From Balanoglossus misakiensis (lineage: Eukaryota > Animalia > Hemichordata): a stretch of DNA of 64,000 bases. The notes beneath the pieces are model-generated. The model was not told the origin of the DNA. It ran no database searches and worked only from the letters and a program-made list of their open reading frames with translations. A program made the position numbers and the translations under genes. Shown here piece by piece: positions 1-14,299 of this stretch. Every line of letters begins with the position of its first letter. The stretch's first letter is position 1. The stretch spans positions 8,445,124 to 8,509,123 of the forward strand of contig CM082596.2 in assembly GCA_040954595.2 (NCBI GenBank), in the 5' to 3' direction.

Positions 1-3000
1 TCAGGTGTGTGTTATTTTTGATTTCTGTTTTCTGAAATATGCAAACGTAAATAATAAGTGTCAGTATGTATGGTAACCAATGTGCCTTTGTGGATTGTGA
101 ATGGAGGAGAGATGAATTTCTTGGTGTGTCGACTTGTGCAGAGCTGCCGTCCTAACATTGATAAAATACATTATGTTAATGAGATTGTTCAATATTAACA
201 AGCCGTGTGGTGGTCCCTAAGTTGTCTAACCATGAACTTGACTGCACCCTGTCTATTGATTCAGATTGGACAGGGCAGAAGTTACTCACACAAGTCTGCC
301 ATGCTTGTTCGCAACTCAGAACTGCTCGATTTTGATGCCAGTCGTTCCTGGTTCAGTTTCAAATGATTTTAAAATTTTCTTGATTTTAAATTATTACTGG
401 TTCTCTGTATTTAAAGTAAATTTCGATAATCCTTTTGTGGAAACAGTGAAAGATACAAATGTATATTTCTGAGTTAAAGGCTTGAGTGTTTGATCGAGTG
501 ATATTGTTTAATGTGTGGCTGTTGTTGGTAGTCTTGTTCTAATGATGTCAAGGCCAATCACCTGCCATATTGGGTTTTTCTCCACAAATTTCACAACTGT
601 TTACCAATTTCTTTGCGTTTTTATTACAAACCACACCTTCTGTTGAAAAACACCATTGTTTGGTCCATTATTTATTTACAATTTGTTTTGTTTTTGTTTG
701 TTGTTTTATTTTTAGATCTGGTCATGCTGATTATCATAATTTATGTGGCATGTCATGTAATGTATTGTAATGTATGACGGCTGGTTGGAGAATGGATGTG
801 GGCATTCAAAAAATTTGTTTACTATCATCTTCGACACTATAAACACAAATATCGGGTGACATGACTGGATTGATCAAGATCTTCGCAAGATTCTGTTTCA
901 AAAATCATTGATTTCTGAAATCTCACAGGATCTCCAGATCCGACCAAGCAACAGTAGTCTCGAACTCTGAGTAAAATCTTAAAATGACAGGAAAGTCCAG
1001 AATATGCAAATGTCAACACTCCACGCTAAAACAGATTAAAATTAAAAGATGTTTTTGAAGCCAAAGAAGATCTAATTTTATAAATGGTGGTGATTTTTTT
1101 GTATGAATTGCTGATGACTATGGGCTGATTCAGCATTTTATGCGCAGACCTTGAAATATTCTAAATGGTAAAAGAAGGTTCATTGACTGGCCTACTTAGC
1201 TTACATTGATATATTTAGATTCTGGAAACCATTACTGCAAGTTTGTGTTGACATTCTTGTTATATTTTAGCCAAGGTCACCAAAATACTTCCATATAATT
1301 TTTGTTCCAGAATTTTTTTGTTTAATATTTTACAACAGCCCATTTTAATGATTAGCAAAATTACTCAAAATTTCATTGTCAATATTTTACCAATATGATT
1401 ATAATGACATTTACATAAAGCTACATATGTACATAATATTTTAAAAACTAAAGTCGGTTTATCACATAAATGATTATATGTCCACATACATGCATCTAAC
1501 AATGGTAGTTTTTGCAGAATTTTGAATGAAAGTAATTTAGATGGTTTCTTGGAAGAAACAGTTAGCCATGATGCATAATTTTATATACATGTGTTTACAA
1601 GCAGTAATCAGATTTTGTTTGACTCAACATTGATAAATTATTTGATTTCTGGTCTGTTTTCACCAATGCCGGAATATTGCACTCTTCCGGAGTGAATTTC
1701 CTGAACGATTTGAACTTGATACATGAGAATATTGCCTTTATTCTTCCAGTTTCTGGAAAAATTATCGAAAGTTGAAATATTGGACTGCGTGCAAAACCTA
1801 CTGCTTTCAATTACGTGTATGTTTCTATGTTAATTGGTCCTAATATGGGTCACAGGCAGTGACATTGAATTATTAACTTTGGCCTGATCTGTCTGTCTCT
1901 GTGAATAAAGAATCAATTCCTAATCTTCATGGGGGAAATGTCCGAATGACTCCCAACATGGTATGTTTACATTTTGCCTGTGGATTCGATGTTGTTATGT
2001 TGATGAAACATAGATGTAGATGTAGTACGACGGTGTGAAAATGTTGAGTTGTGAACAGCGCAGTGGTTGGGAGTTTATACCCTGGGAAACTGGGTGGGGT
2101 TTAGTTGCAACCCTGGATGGGGAGAGCTGTAGCATCTACATTGATGTGGCCAACAACATTCACTTCATCTCTGTACTTCAGTCTTCATTTCTGACAACAA
2201 AGGCTGATATTTATATGACGATTGAACTTTATTTCCATTGTTTACACTATTGTACACTGTATTATTTTCATCCCCAAATTGACATCTTTTTTTTTTTAAT
2301 TTTCACTGTCTCGGGTTAGATTGTCAACAAGACACACTACTATGTCACTGTGTCTTGGTTTTTGCAGGAACTTTCATGTCAGTGATAATTATGTATTGGA
2401 GTAATATTTCAATTCTGTATCATAGGAATTCTTGTTTTATAAATCTTTTTTTATTTACGCCCACCATAAAAGCAGAACAAGGGAGTTTTTGCCAGGTGAA
2501 AACCACAAACAACTTGCAATTAGAAAGCTTTAATTCAGATTGCGTAGAATAGCTGCCTGTATAACCCATTGAAAATTAGCTGATATGTCAAATTTCAGCC
2601 CCCCTCCCCCCTCCAAAAACAAACCCTGGAGGATAATTCCACAGTGTGTATTTTTGCGCGTCGTTGGTTCATGTTAATTGCCCACAGCAAACTGACAGTA
2701 ATCACCACAAGTTCACCAAAACATGTAGGTTAATTCTGTAAAGGCAGTTTTGGAGAACAGCTTAATCAGAAATCAATGTAAAGATGATCAGAAATTATAC
2801 ATATTTCTGTGATTTTCAATTGAGCTGATTTCTGCCACAGCGGATAACAGTTGTTTTGTCAGTTGTTTGCGTCATTCTTGGACCGATTTTACAACCAAAC
2901 ATGCAACAAAGTTTATGTAATGCTCAGTGTAGGATATGAGAGTAAAAATCTCACCAAAATGAATAAATGGTAAACACCGATTATTCATTTTGGTGAGTTT

Positions 3001-3322
3001 TTCACTCTTGTGTCTACAAGTGGGATGGAAATTGTTTGTGGTCGAACGTTGATTCACTATATATCCACATGTAGAATAACATAAATGGTGTCTTGAATCA
3101 AATATTAATGGAAAAAGGGGCAGCGAGAGAGAGAATTTGTCCCTTTAATACTAATCCTGATCAAATCTTTTTGTTCTATAATTCTACAAAGTTGAGCAAG
3201 TGTGGCTTCTTTGTGTTAACAGATCATGAAAAGTACAATTCAGTGATTTTCAACAATCTTGTCGACACATCCCATTACAAAAATTCATAGATATTTAAAG
3301 AGTGTACATTATTGATATACCT

Positions 3323-3602
3323 TGATCTGCTTCAGAAGCATTTTTAAATTTTGGATGTCTTTTACATTGTATAGAACTGATCTGCTTCAGAAGCATTTTT
3401 AAATTTTGGATGTCTTTTACATTGTATAGAACTGATCTGCTTCAGAAACATTTTTAAATTTTGGATGTCTTTTACATTGTATAGAACTGATCTGCTTCAG
3501 AAGCATTTTTAAATTTTGGATGTCTTTTACATTGTATAGAACTGATCTGCTTCAGAAACATTTTTAAATTTTGGATGTCTTTTACATTGTATAGAACTGA
3601 TC
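3323..3602. repeat. 55-bp tandem minisatellite, 5 full copies plus a stub
   Basis: Unit TGATCTGCTTCAGAA(G/A)CATTTTTAAATTTTGGATGTCTTTTACATTGTATAGAAC starts at 3323, 3378, 3433, 3488 and 3543; no unique spacers between units. Confidence 0.95.
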
Positions 3603-4692
3603 AACACCACAAGCACTAGGTTGAACAAGTGTGTTTACAACTGTGTTTTCCAGCAAATCACCATGACAACACAGTTGGCAGCCATGTTAGACTCGGCACA
3701 GATTGGCACTGCTATTTTTACTTTCAGAAAATTGGTCTATATTCCCCCAAAAATCCCTGTGGCAACCCTTAACTCTCTTTTCTTTGTATCCAAAGAAAGA
3801 CGTGTGTGATTAAATATTTCAGAGTTTGATATTCCAGGTCACAATTGATAACTAGAATTTAAGTTTAAAATTTGATAGCAAATCTCTATCAGGAATTGAG
3901 ATTACCATTGAGCTTGAACACAAATGACCAGATAAAAAGATCAAATGAAAAATTTATATTAACACTGTCATATTTCAGTTGACTCTGTGACTTCCTCCTC
4001 TACCATGATCCCCCCAAAACGCAGGCAATGATGGATAGTACATGATTGAATCAAACCTTTGTTTTTAGCTGCATCATAATTGATATGCGTCAATTGTCAC
4101 ATTGCATTGCCTGCTGATTCCTCCATGTTGCAGTGTTTCATCTAGACAGGGGGAGTCACTCTTGATGGACATGTTGCCCCCCCCCCCTCATTAATTGTTC
4201 AAGGTGCAACCAAGCCACAACATGAAATGATTTCAGTCATACTAGGCTGCAGAGATCCACACTGCGAAAAACAAACAAATAAATAATATTCTTAGCAAAG
4301 GGAGATAATCACCCTGTAGGTGCCATCCTGACTGTTTTGTTGGAAAACTGTTTCATATTTAACTTTAATTCTGGAATGTGATTAGTTAGGCCGTTTCAGG
4401 CCTTTCTGGGGCGCAAAGGCTTAACATAAAGAATTTAGATATGCTCCAAATTCAAAATGGACTAAATCGGTAATGAAACTAGAGTGTTCTGAGTGTGCAT
4501 TGCAGTCTTTGAGATCCCATAATATGCAAAATGCGTGGTTTCTTAAGGATGTGCGCGCAGAACATAAACCGGAAACATTGCGCGCCCGTCTTTTCCCCAT
4601 AGGATTACATTGATAATCGCTAGAAAACAAACTTCTACTATTGTCAGTCATTTTCAGGAAATTTCACACATAGCTCAGTCCAGCAAATATAA

Positions 4693-4885
4693 ATTCATTG
4701 GTCAAATAAAATATAGGGGTCACTGCGCTCTATTTTGAGATAAATTGCGTTAAAATTTTTGCCCATAGACAAACCATTGGTGGAAAATGCTGAGTCGGCA
4801 GTTTTCTTCTATTATCGACTAAATTCATGGCTCTGTATTTCATAAACAAGCACGGTGACCCCTATATTTTATTTGACCAATGAAT
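4693..4885. repeat. 31-bp perfect inverted repeat, probably part of a non-autonomous DNA transposon
   Basis: ATTCATTGGTCAAATAAAATATAGGGGTCAC at 4693-4723 and its reverse complement at 4855-4885. Confidence 0.7.
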
Positions 4886-4979
4886 CCAAAAGTCCACAAT
4901 TAAAAGAAATGACAATACTTTCAATTTTATTGAACGTACATCCTTAACTATCTTTCTTTCTTTTTTTTTGTTGTTGCAG

Positions 4980-5087
4980 GTTACACGACGTCGTTCCACC
5001 AGCCAGATCGAGAAGCCGAGCTTCTTTTGGGAGTTGGTGGGGACGATCCGTCGCCGTGCCTCTTTTACACGAGGCAGCTCCGTCTGA
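4980..5087 (+). CDS. Probable terminal coding exon of an unidentified gene starting upstream of the window (VTRRRSTSQIEKPSFFWELVGTIRRRASFTRGSSV*)
   Basis: Long polypyrimidine tract ending TTGCAG at 4979, then a GC-richer 108-nt phase-0 frame ending in TGA, followed by AT-rich UTR-like sequence with AATAAA candidates. The reading phase is assumed and the product is not recognised. Confidence 0.5.
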   Translation, partial: VTRRRSTSQIEKPSFFWELVGTIRRRASFTRGSSV

Positions 5088-8000
5088 ACGCGAGAAAAAA
5101 AAACAAGTCACTACAATCGGACACAAAAGAAGCCTTTCTCAGCAAATGAGAATTATTTTAACGAACAGTACTGAAGGATTGTGACAGTGTACTGGGTATA
5201 TAAACGATTGGTGCTGTGGACATGAAGTCAATTTGTCACTTCTAAAAATGGCTGCTACCAAATAGACAATTGGAAGGAATTCCATCATTACATGCTGCCT
5301 CATGCCAACCCTTGGCTTTATATGTGTTTTCTTTGTCAATCTTGGTAGACGTTTACCAAAATTGCAAGCATTTACAACGAGTTTGTATTTCTTTTTTTTT
5401 GTGTCGATCAGTCTTTCAAAGCTACCTAAGCTAAGGTACATCAGGTAATATACTCTGACTCCATAATTCTGGCATCATCATCATATCTTGACAAAAAAAA
5501 GCCTTCCATCCTCCATTTTTCTTTCCTGTGGAATTTCTTAAAACGTAATGGTATTTGTTGCAGGTGACCGTTTTTTGAGTGACTCAAAAATAATGACCAA
5601 AGATCTTTTTGTAAAAAAAAAATACACAAAAAACCTACAATCCAAATTGACATTATTTCCAAAAAAATGTTCATAATTTTTTTAAAGAAAATGTTGAAAA
5701 AAGAAAGTAAAGAAAAGAGAAAGTGAGAGAGGGCAATAAGTTTTGTGGGTAAAATGTCCAGGATCAAAATGTGCAAGAATTTACAGTGACTTTGAAAAGA
5801 GTATCCATATTTTACGGTGAAACTCGTCCGTTTGTTTGTTTGTTTGTTAATTTATTGCAATGTCAGGTTACAGTGTTTGACCTTGTCCATGTTAATATTC
5901 AAATGAGTGTCATCATCTTGATATCTATGTGTTGTCATGACTACATCGAAAATCTTACTATGCTGCACATAAAATGGTTTTGTCATCATACTGAGTCGTC
6001 GTCGTGGCCACTCAGAATTTCTCAATATTTTGTTGTGTCAGTGGTGTAGAGGTAATGTATGCAATCTCCATGGCAACTGATATCTACTTAGCAACAGTCT
6101 TGTTGACCATGTTTCTCAAAAGTGTGCTAAATGCTGCTGACACTCAATCGTGGTCTTTACTTGTAGCTTGTTTTGCAAGCATAAAACAAAAATTTGAAAA
6201 CTAGTTTTAAGACTTAAAGAGACTCAAGTACTATAATGTCATTGTAGAATTAAATGACAACTACAATAGACTAAAAAAATGAGCATTAAACTTCTAATCT
6301 CGAAGGACCTCACCGATCAGAATTCAGGGACCACAAGAAGGTCTTTTTTAGGTGCTTTTAGTCACAAAAACTGCCCATATCGTCACGATTGGCTGTCGCC
6401 TACAGCTGCCAATCTGATTCCTCCAATCACAATACAGGTACAGTAGACCTCATTTGCATATAATAATGAATGGTCAAGTTCTGAGAGTTTGCCAATCAGA
6501 AGCGTGGAAATCAAATGTTTATTATAATTAGTGTTACTTTGGCACTGGCGTCTATTGCTAATGCGAGACGATACGTTGTGTCCATAATTTGTGAGAAGTA
6601 CAGCTCAGTGATAAACACAAAAACTCTTTGAACTCTAGACTGTCATATGTGAACTTTACATCAGCAGATTGTCTTGACATTTTTTGTACTCCCTGAAAAG
6701 TACTTAAGACAAGGGAGAATCAGATGCTGCATTCAATAAGGTCTTGACTTTTTTTCTGTAACCAGTGTGTCACTGCCAAATCAACAATGATGGCTCTTCT
6801 TTTGTCTGCTTACTTTGATCACCCAGTATATGAACACACTACCATTTAGCAGGTTGGCATGGAAACACAGGAATGGGCGCTTTTTGTGTCATGTAACCAT
6901 GGAAACATACCGAGGGGTCTGTCTGGACGCTGGATCTGCCACCTGAGTTTGCATTTAGCTATTTACAGTTTGAAAATGAGTTGAACTCTGAGAGCTCTGC
7001 TCTACAACCAAGTGTTGAAATACGAGGATACTCAACTCTGAGAGATGCAGTTGAATTAGGAGAACTTTATATGATTTAGGTTACCATGGTGATCATGTTA
7101 TGTGATCATCACGGTCAACATTTTTGTGCTTTATTCCAACCATTCGAACCATAATCTTAAAAAAAATGAAAGAATCGTTTGATGCTATGAATTGTAAAAA
7201 ACTAGAATTGCTGTAAATATGAAGCCTTTTTGCTTATAAATTTCAATATTTTTGCCAACAGCGTATTCACTGAATGATTTTGAAACTCAAAACAGCTGTC
7301 CTGTGGCACGACATGGTTTGACCAATCACCATACAGATATTGAAAGGTGTGTTTTCCACTATAAGCTTCATGAGTTACAAATTTTGCACCGGATAGATCC
7401 GGATTTCGGAGGTGGGGGTGTACTGTACATGTAAACCAGACTTTTTTCCAACGTTTTGACAAAAGTATGGCATTATTTGTGAAATATTGAGATGTGGTCA
7501 ACCAACAGTACTTACAACTGAAGTCAACACACTTTTATAGTCTATGCACAGCATCCTGCAATGTGACCAAATACTAATTTACGAAGGATGCTTTTGGACT
7601 CCTCAACCGTTCATTTGAGTTCAGTGATTACTTTTTATATGTTTTATGAAGATGTTTATTTTTTATCAAGAATGAGAAGAAGAAAAAGAATTTTTTTTTT
7701 TTGCATTTGATACAAATTTTAGAAATAAACTAGTATCTTGTACATGTCTCTGGAAAACAGCGATGCTTCTTGACCTTTGACCTATTCTAAATCAAACCTT
7801 GTATTCTGGGGCAGTTGGGTCTGATATTTACAACATTTATTTAAGTTAAGCGGCTCTACCGAGCTCAAAGTTATAGAAAAACTTCTCCCAATGCAGCTGT
7901 AATTTGTTGCTGTTATCCAGTTCAATTAAATCCTAGTTTTGTGAATGTTTTGCTCAAAATTTGCAAAATTAATCAGTAGTTTTGTACCTCTGTTTGGACG

Positions 8001-11000
8001 ACATATTGTCCTCAGATTCTACTCCTTCTCTTTGCAGTAATAAAATGGTTGAGGATTTCAAATGGGTGTAAAAAATGACACATTCCATTGTTCATCATAT
8101 AATGTTCATACCTAAAGTTGGTGAATCATATCTATTAGTATCTGTATGGTGGTTTACATAGACACCTTGATTATATTGGAATCAACAGCAAAGATGTTTT
8201 TAAGAATTCAACACGAACAGGGTGTACGGATTTCACAGTGTACCTCATCGTTAGTATAATCGATTTCTTAAGCTGTAAATATATTTATATCTTTTTAACG
8301 AACTTGATTGTGACGATTTTCAATGATTGGGGCTGAGAAGTCCTGCTTTGACCAATCAGTGTTGACTTCTGATGCACGTGACTTACAAAACTGAATCAAC
8401 CCAAATCGCCCATTGTTGGCACCGTTTCCATAGGGATCGACAGCCAACGTGTTTCTCATTACCAAAAGCAACCAATACTACGTGTGTATAACAAACCTAC
8501 CAGAAGTTTGTATTCCAATTATAAGAGGACCAACAATCGGTATCATGCACAAAAATTACTAAGCTAAATCGCATGAAATGTGGTTAATTTTTCTTTTTTG
8601 TTGTCCGCCATATGAAGACACCAGTAGTAAAGCACTCCCAAGCTTAGATAAACCTATGCAATACTCCTTAAAAGTCAAAAATGTCCCCTTCTGTCAAGAC
8701 GCCAGCTTTCTGTAATGGTCGGACAAGTCTTGTGTGAGCAGGATAGTTTGCGCCCGTGTTACCATAGTAACTACGTTACAGTAGAAATCAGAGTTAGTAC
8801 AACCAAAGGCAGTCACTCCAAACCACAAATCCCAGCTATTTTTGTTTTTGTTTTACAACCGTATGAAAAGAACAAACAGTAAACAATAAAATAAAGATCG
8901 CTATATTTCAAAGTACTAACGCTGACGTCGTCGTTTGTTGAGAGACGCGAATCACGCCCTACTAAAAATTTACATGAACAAGGCATAATTCCAATTCATC
9001 ACCATGGACAACCGTTTTGGGGATATACTGGACATCATGACCAAAAATTGTCCGAAAGCCAATTCTCTAGATAGCAAGGAGTCTACTGGTTGTGGTGTCT
9101 TTTTTAATGAATGGACTGTGACGTCATAGCTGAAGATAGTCACAGTTGACCGAGAGAGTCATTTTGGTTTTTACTGCCAACCAGGTGGAACACGTGCACT
9201 CAGGTTAACAGGTGGCATTTCAATCAACATTGCAGCTGAATTTCGCTTTCAAAGCGTATTTTTCCCTCTTTATTCATTCCTGTCAAGTTGAGTCGATATC
9301 GTTATAGTAGACATTATAACTCCGAAATTTCATGCATATCGTGGATTGGTCATTTTCTTGATATTGGGTTCACTAATATGTAATGTCTAGTTAGTTCTTG
9401 AGGTAATAAAGCAATGTGTATTAAACTATAAAACAACTCGTTTGGTGTGTGTTTGCATGTCCTGGTGGCCTTTATGTGGTTGGCTCTGTCAAAAGTTTTA
9501 TATATCGTGAAAATCAGACCAAATTGGAATGTTGTTTGTGTTCATAAGTTCAAAGGTATAAAGAAGATAATATTTCCACTTTGATATGGTCTGAGGTACA
9601 AAGATGACCTCTTTCAAGTCTTTTGATAAGTATATTACAATTGGGTATTTTTGTTTCTTGAATACCGCTTAGGTCAACTCCTGTCAACTGAGAGAGCAAA
9701 AACTTTATACTGGCCAGTTTTTGCTGACCAATAAGAGTGAATCTGTAGTAAATTTAGCGATTTTTGTAGTCGATAAATCGAAGTTTCGATCTCTTAGAAT
9801 CGATAACTTTGGCTAGTGGTACAAAAGTACTTTGCCAAAGATTCAATTTACAAAATCCTGTCAGGGTTTTTATACTATATGATCCTTGCATGTCGTTCGA
9901 TATTATTTAATTTTGGGTTGTTTTTTTAAGTTGTTTACTGCTCCCGGAGTTTGTTGGCGGTCAATTTTGGACAGAGTGACGCCAACGCACCACCGGAGTT
10001 CAGGACAGAATTAGGTAGAGAGGGGAACACGTACGGACAATAGTTAGCGTATGAGAACTTTGAGTCTGTTTGTGACCTTCACCGTTCTGCTAAGTGACCT
10101 TCACCATGGGCAACGTCGGCGCAATGGAACTTGCAATCGTGTTCCTCAGTGGCAGGTTTGACCATCGAACGCTCACACGAAAGTTCAAAACTGTTCAAAC
10201 TCCCCTCGACTCCAAATCAACTGAAATAGGACAGTCTGAAGTTTCTTGGCGGTTGTTGGCAAATTGCCAAGAGAAAATTGGGACGCTGACAATAGAGACA
10301 CCAAAATATCCTCAGCGAAGGGACCATGAATTGGCAACAGCTGCCGTAAAAGGGTGCAATTGTGAAAAGGCTGATAACCAAACACAACTCTAAGCACGAT
10401 TTAGGTCATGCCAAAATTTGCTCGCCTGCGAAGTGAAAAAAATTAAAAAATGGCACATCTGGGCCAATCGAGTAGCCTTTTGGTCATTTTGCTTTCATTG
10501 AACAATCCAACGAGACCATACTGATAGAAGATGCCGACAAGTCTGTGGTTTTGGTCATATGCACGTTTTGTGAGGGCCACTTGTATATTTTCTACACTCT
10601 GTCCCGTCCGTATAGGGGAGGACAAACGAGATCTTCTGTAAACGCCACGTAAAGTTACACTTCTAAAAACGATAAATATCCAAAGATTTTGTTCTGTTGT
10701 TATTCATCTATCACCTTCTCAAGAAGCAATGTTATACATTTACAGGAGAAATTATTTCTGTTGAGGGTGTGTTAATTGAAAATGGTTTTGGAGAGGTTAC
10801 CAGACTACGGAGTAAACAAATTCTGGCCATACTCGAACAAGTTCTTCACTTTATAACCGCCAAAATGTTTGTACTGTTTTGGGTTTTGAATTAACGGTGT
10901 TTTTGACCACTTTTCATGTGTCAGGATTTAATACAGCGCGTGAAATATACGTGCACTCAAACGTGGTGCAACTAAGCGATTGTAAGTCATTGTCGTCCAC

Positions 11001-14000
11001 GTTCAAACTGTGTTTGGAGTATGTATATCAACACCGTGACGGCCGTCAACTTCAAAAAAATCCTTTGTGTGTGTTGTACACAAAAGTCTAAAGTGTTCAA
11101 ATTCTCGACTCTTCACATATTGTCTTGAAAGTGACACAGGTTTGACGTTAACTGAAGTCTAGTCAAAGCTATTCTCATCCGAATATTACTGTGAGGACCC
11201 AACCAACCAACAATATGTGAACTACTACCAAGTGCAAGTCCATTTACAGTACATTTGTACAATAATAGAAGTTGACGTTAAATTGTGAATTGTGTGGGTC
11301 TCCACTTGAACATGCAATATTCCCTTATAGAAACTGCTGAGTATATCTACCACTAGCGAGTAGCTACTCGACTTCTTGTACGAGTCATGTGAATGGTGGT
11401 ACTGCTGAAGACAGAGAACGATATAAGTCATAACAGTCTGTGAGTACAGTACTGAAAAAACACAGACTTTGTGTGGGCAGGACGCAAGTGCTTTGAATGA
11501 GTGGCCTCTTTGCTTGTTCTGGACTGTAGTAAGAGCGTTGTTACCGAAAAACTCAACTTTGTCGAGTGCTGTCGTCAGATCACTTATGTAAATGAGCCTT
11601 TTCACTTTTCAGACCCGTTTATATTGAATTGGCGGCCCATCCTGAAAGAGATTCTATAATTGTTATTTATTACCCGATATTGTTCAATTTGTTCGTTCGT
11701 GACGTCATTTCTTTGAGGAATAATAATTTCTGTACAAGGCACTGGAAGGTGAAAACAATGGTGCGGCAAAATTGGCTATTTCTTCCACGTCAGAAAAATT
11801 TAGAAATATAGCTTTTTGTTGATATGATTTCTCCCCCCCCCCCCCCTCCAGCGTCTTCCAATACGAAATATCTTGGTGACGGTACATGGGTTCATAGTTC
11901 AAAACTACCTGGAGACGTGATAGACCATGGAGGTACCTCCATGGATAGACTGAGCTGATGTGTGTGTACATCGTCTGTTAACCTGTGCTCAATTCTGACC
12001 TACTTCGTGCATGTCTGGGTGTCGTCTGTCGAAACTTAAAACCCAGTCAAATGTACTGGACACTTCAGTGATATGCAGGTCCTGTCATTGAAATTGGATA
12101 TGCTAATTTAGCTCCTGTGAACGACGACCATCCAAGTAATCTTTATGCCAGTGCCCTTTGTCAGGGTATTTAATTTATCGGATTTTAATACGGACATGAA
12201 TTTCCCTGTCGAGGCACGAACTTTCCCTGAATTTCAAGGTCAGGCGGACTCATGACGGTTTGCATGCCGCGCCTGCGCAGTGGTGGGCTGTAAATAATCC
12301 TTAAAAGGAATGCATGGGAGGGCTTTAAAACGGTCAAAGACTGTGGATTGGATCAGGCCACCTTGCAATGGGCGTCCCCCAATTCGCCATGGCTTCCAAA
12401 CATCGTAAATCAATGGCATTAATGTCAAGTGAATAAAGAAATCATTACTCCAGACCCATTGAGTTGCTTCAAATTATTTGGACTATATGTACATGTAAAT
12501 TCGATTTTCAGTGCCATGTTTAAATCCCATGCCAATCAAAATGCTACGATGGGGAGCATTCTCCCGATTTTGAAACCTTGCAATTTTATGTTAATAGTAT
12601 TCATGAATGTATTTTTGCTTGCACTTATCGACATATTGAATCCAATATTTTTGGAAACGATAAACGCGATGACCTACAAATAGGCCTAACTGTAAGTGGG
12701 TCGGTATGTTTAGCAGAATTAGGATCCATGCAGGCGTTCTGATAAAATCTGTATCGGCAATATTACACATGCAACTGAACTTAACCTTTTGTTCGGTTTC
12801 TTCCTGTCGTTCTGGCGGGAAAGTTAAATATATGAGGTTTTATGAACTTTTAACAATTAAGATGAAAGCCTCAGGACCGGACTTTTCCACTAATTCTTTA
12901 ATGACTCTAAGTTTCAAAAATGTGTTTTATCGCCAACTTTTGAACTTCTGAATACATTAACATGATTTTTTAATTTTTTAAAAATCGTTTCATTATTTTT
13001 GTTTTGTACACCAACCGTATGTTTTTTCTACTACCGTAGCATGCTAAAATTGTGAAACGAACCCACGTTTAAACTTGTAACAATGCAAAAATGCAAAAAA
13101 TGTTACCACGATGACCAGTATTTTCAATCTTTAGGCTATTTACGTTTTGTAGTACGTGCAGACTGTTACTGCAAGGGGTAGTGACCTCAAATGACCCAAC
13201 CAAGATTCCCTGAGAGAATACTACTGAATCATCGTATGTAAAGTAAACACCAAATCTAATATTTGTAATATAAATGTTATTTTATGAAATTATTATTTTT
13301 CAGTCCTTCAGATCATCATATGGACTATTAAGCCACATACGTTTGTTTTTTTACACTCATCTGCTAGGATTTGTTGACAATTGGACAAGGCCACCAGAAA
13401 CACTCGGTCATTGACCTTCATATTGACAAGAATTTTATGACGGCTGCGAAACGCCAGAATATCGCTTTGTCGACTTCAATTACACAAATAATTTCGTCAT
13501 TTGTAGTGTTTGTAGTGAACAGTTACTGGCAGTGTCAAACAAAAATGTTAAACGAGCGCAATTTAATTTTCAACAATTGAAAAATGTGACACGTGCACAG
13601 TCTCAGAAATTTGACGTTGACAGAACCATCTACAATTGGAGTCGTCTTTGTCTACCACGTGAAAGACTTTCTCCAAATCACAGACGCCATGAAGTTAAAA
13701 TCTAAAGTTATTGATAAAAACGTTTGGAAACTTACCGACTTGGTTCAAGCTAGATAATGACTCTTACATCAGAAAATGTGACCAGCCCGCCAGACCACTT
13801 TATTAAACTGCCTTTAATATTCAGGATGTGCGTACGAGGACAAGGTCATTGACATCGTTGAAAGTTACTCACAAAACGGATGTGAGACACACCTGTTACC
13901 ACGTGACTGTGACGAAATGGTAGTTGCCAAGATCTATCTATTTGACCTTTGACCTTTGAAACTGTCGATTTCCAACACTATTCGGCCTATTCGTTTGAAG

Positions 14001-14075
14001 GAGTGGACAGTGTAGAAGTCCGCTATTCCTTTATAATCCCAATTCCTATCTGGTATAGTATATGTTCTAAAGAAT

Positions 14076-14299
<224 letters not shown>

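Noticed and set aside
929-970. Possible alternative terminal exon (DLQIRPSNSSLEL*) after CTCACAG
   Set aside because: Weak pyrimidine tract, very short, and no supporting homology.
3323-3602. CRISPR-like array
   Set aside because: Units are head-to-tail with no unique spacers, there are no cas genes, and the context is eukaryotic.
9700-12700. GC-richer stretch with 60-126 aa ORFs
   Set aside because: No domain motifs or consistent exon chain; possibly old transposon sequence, but I could not define its ends.
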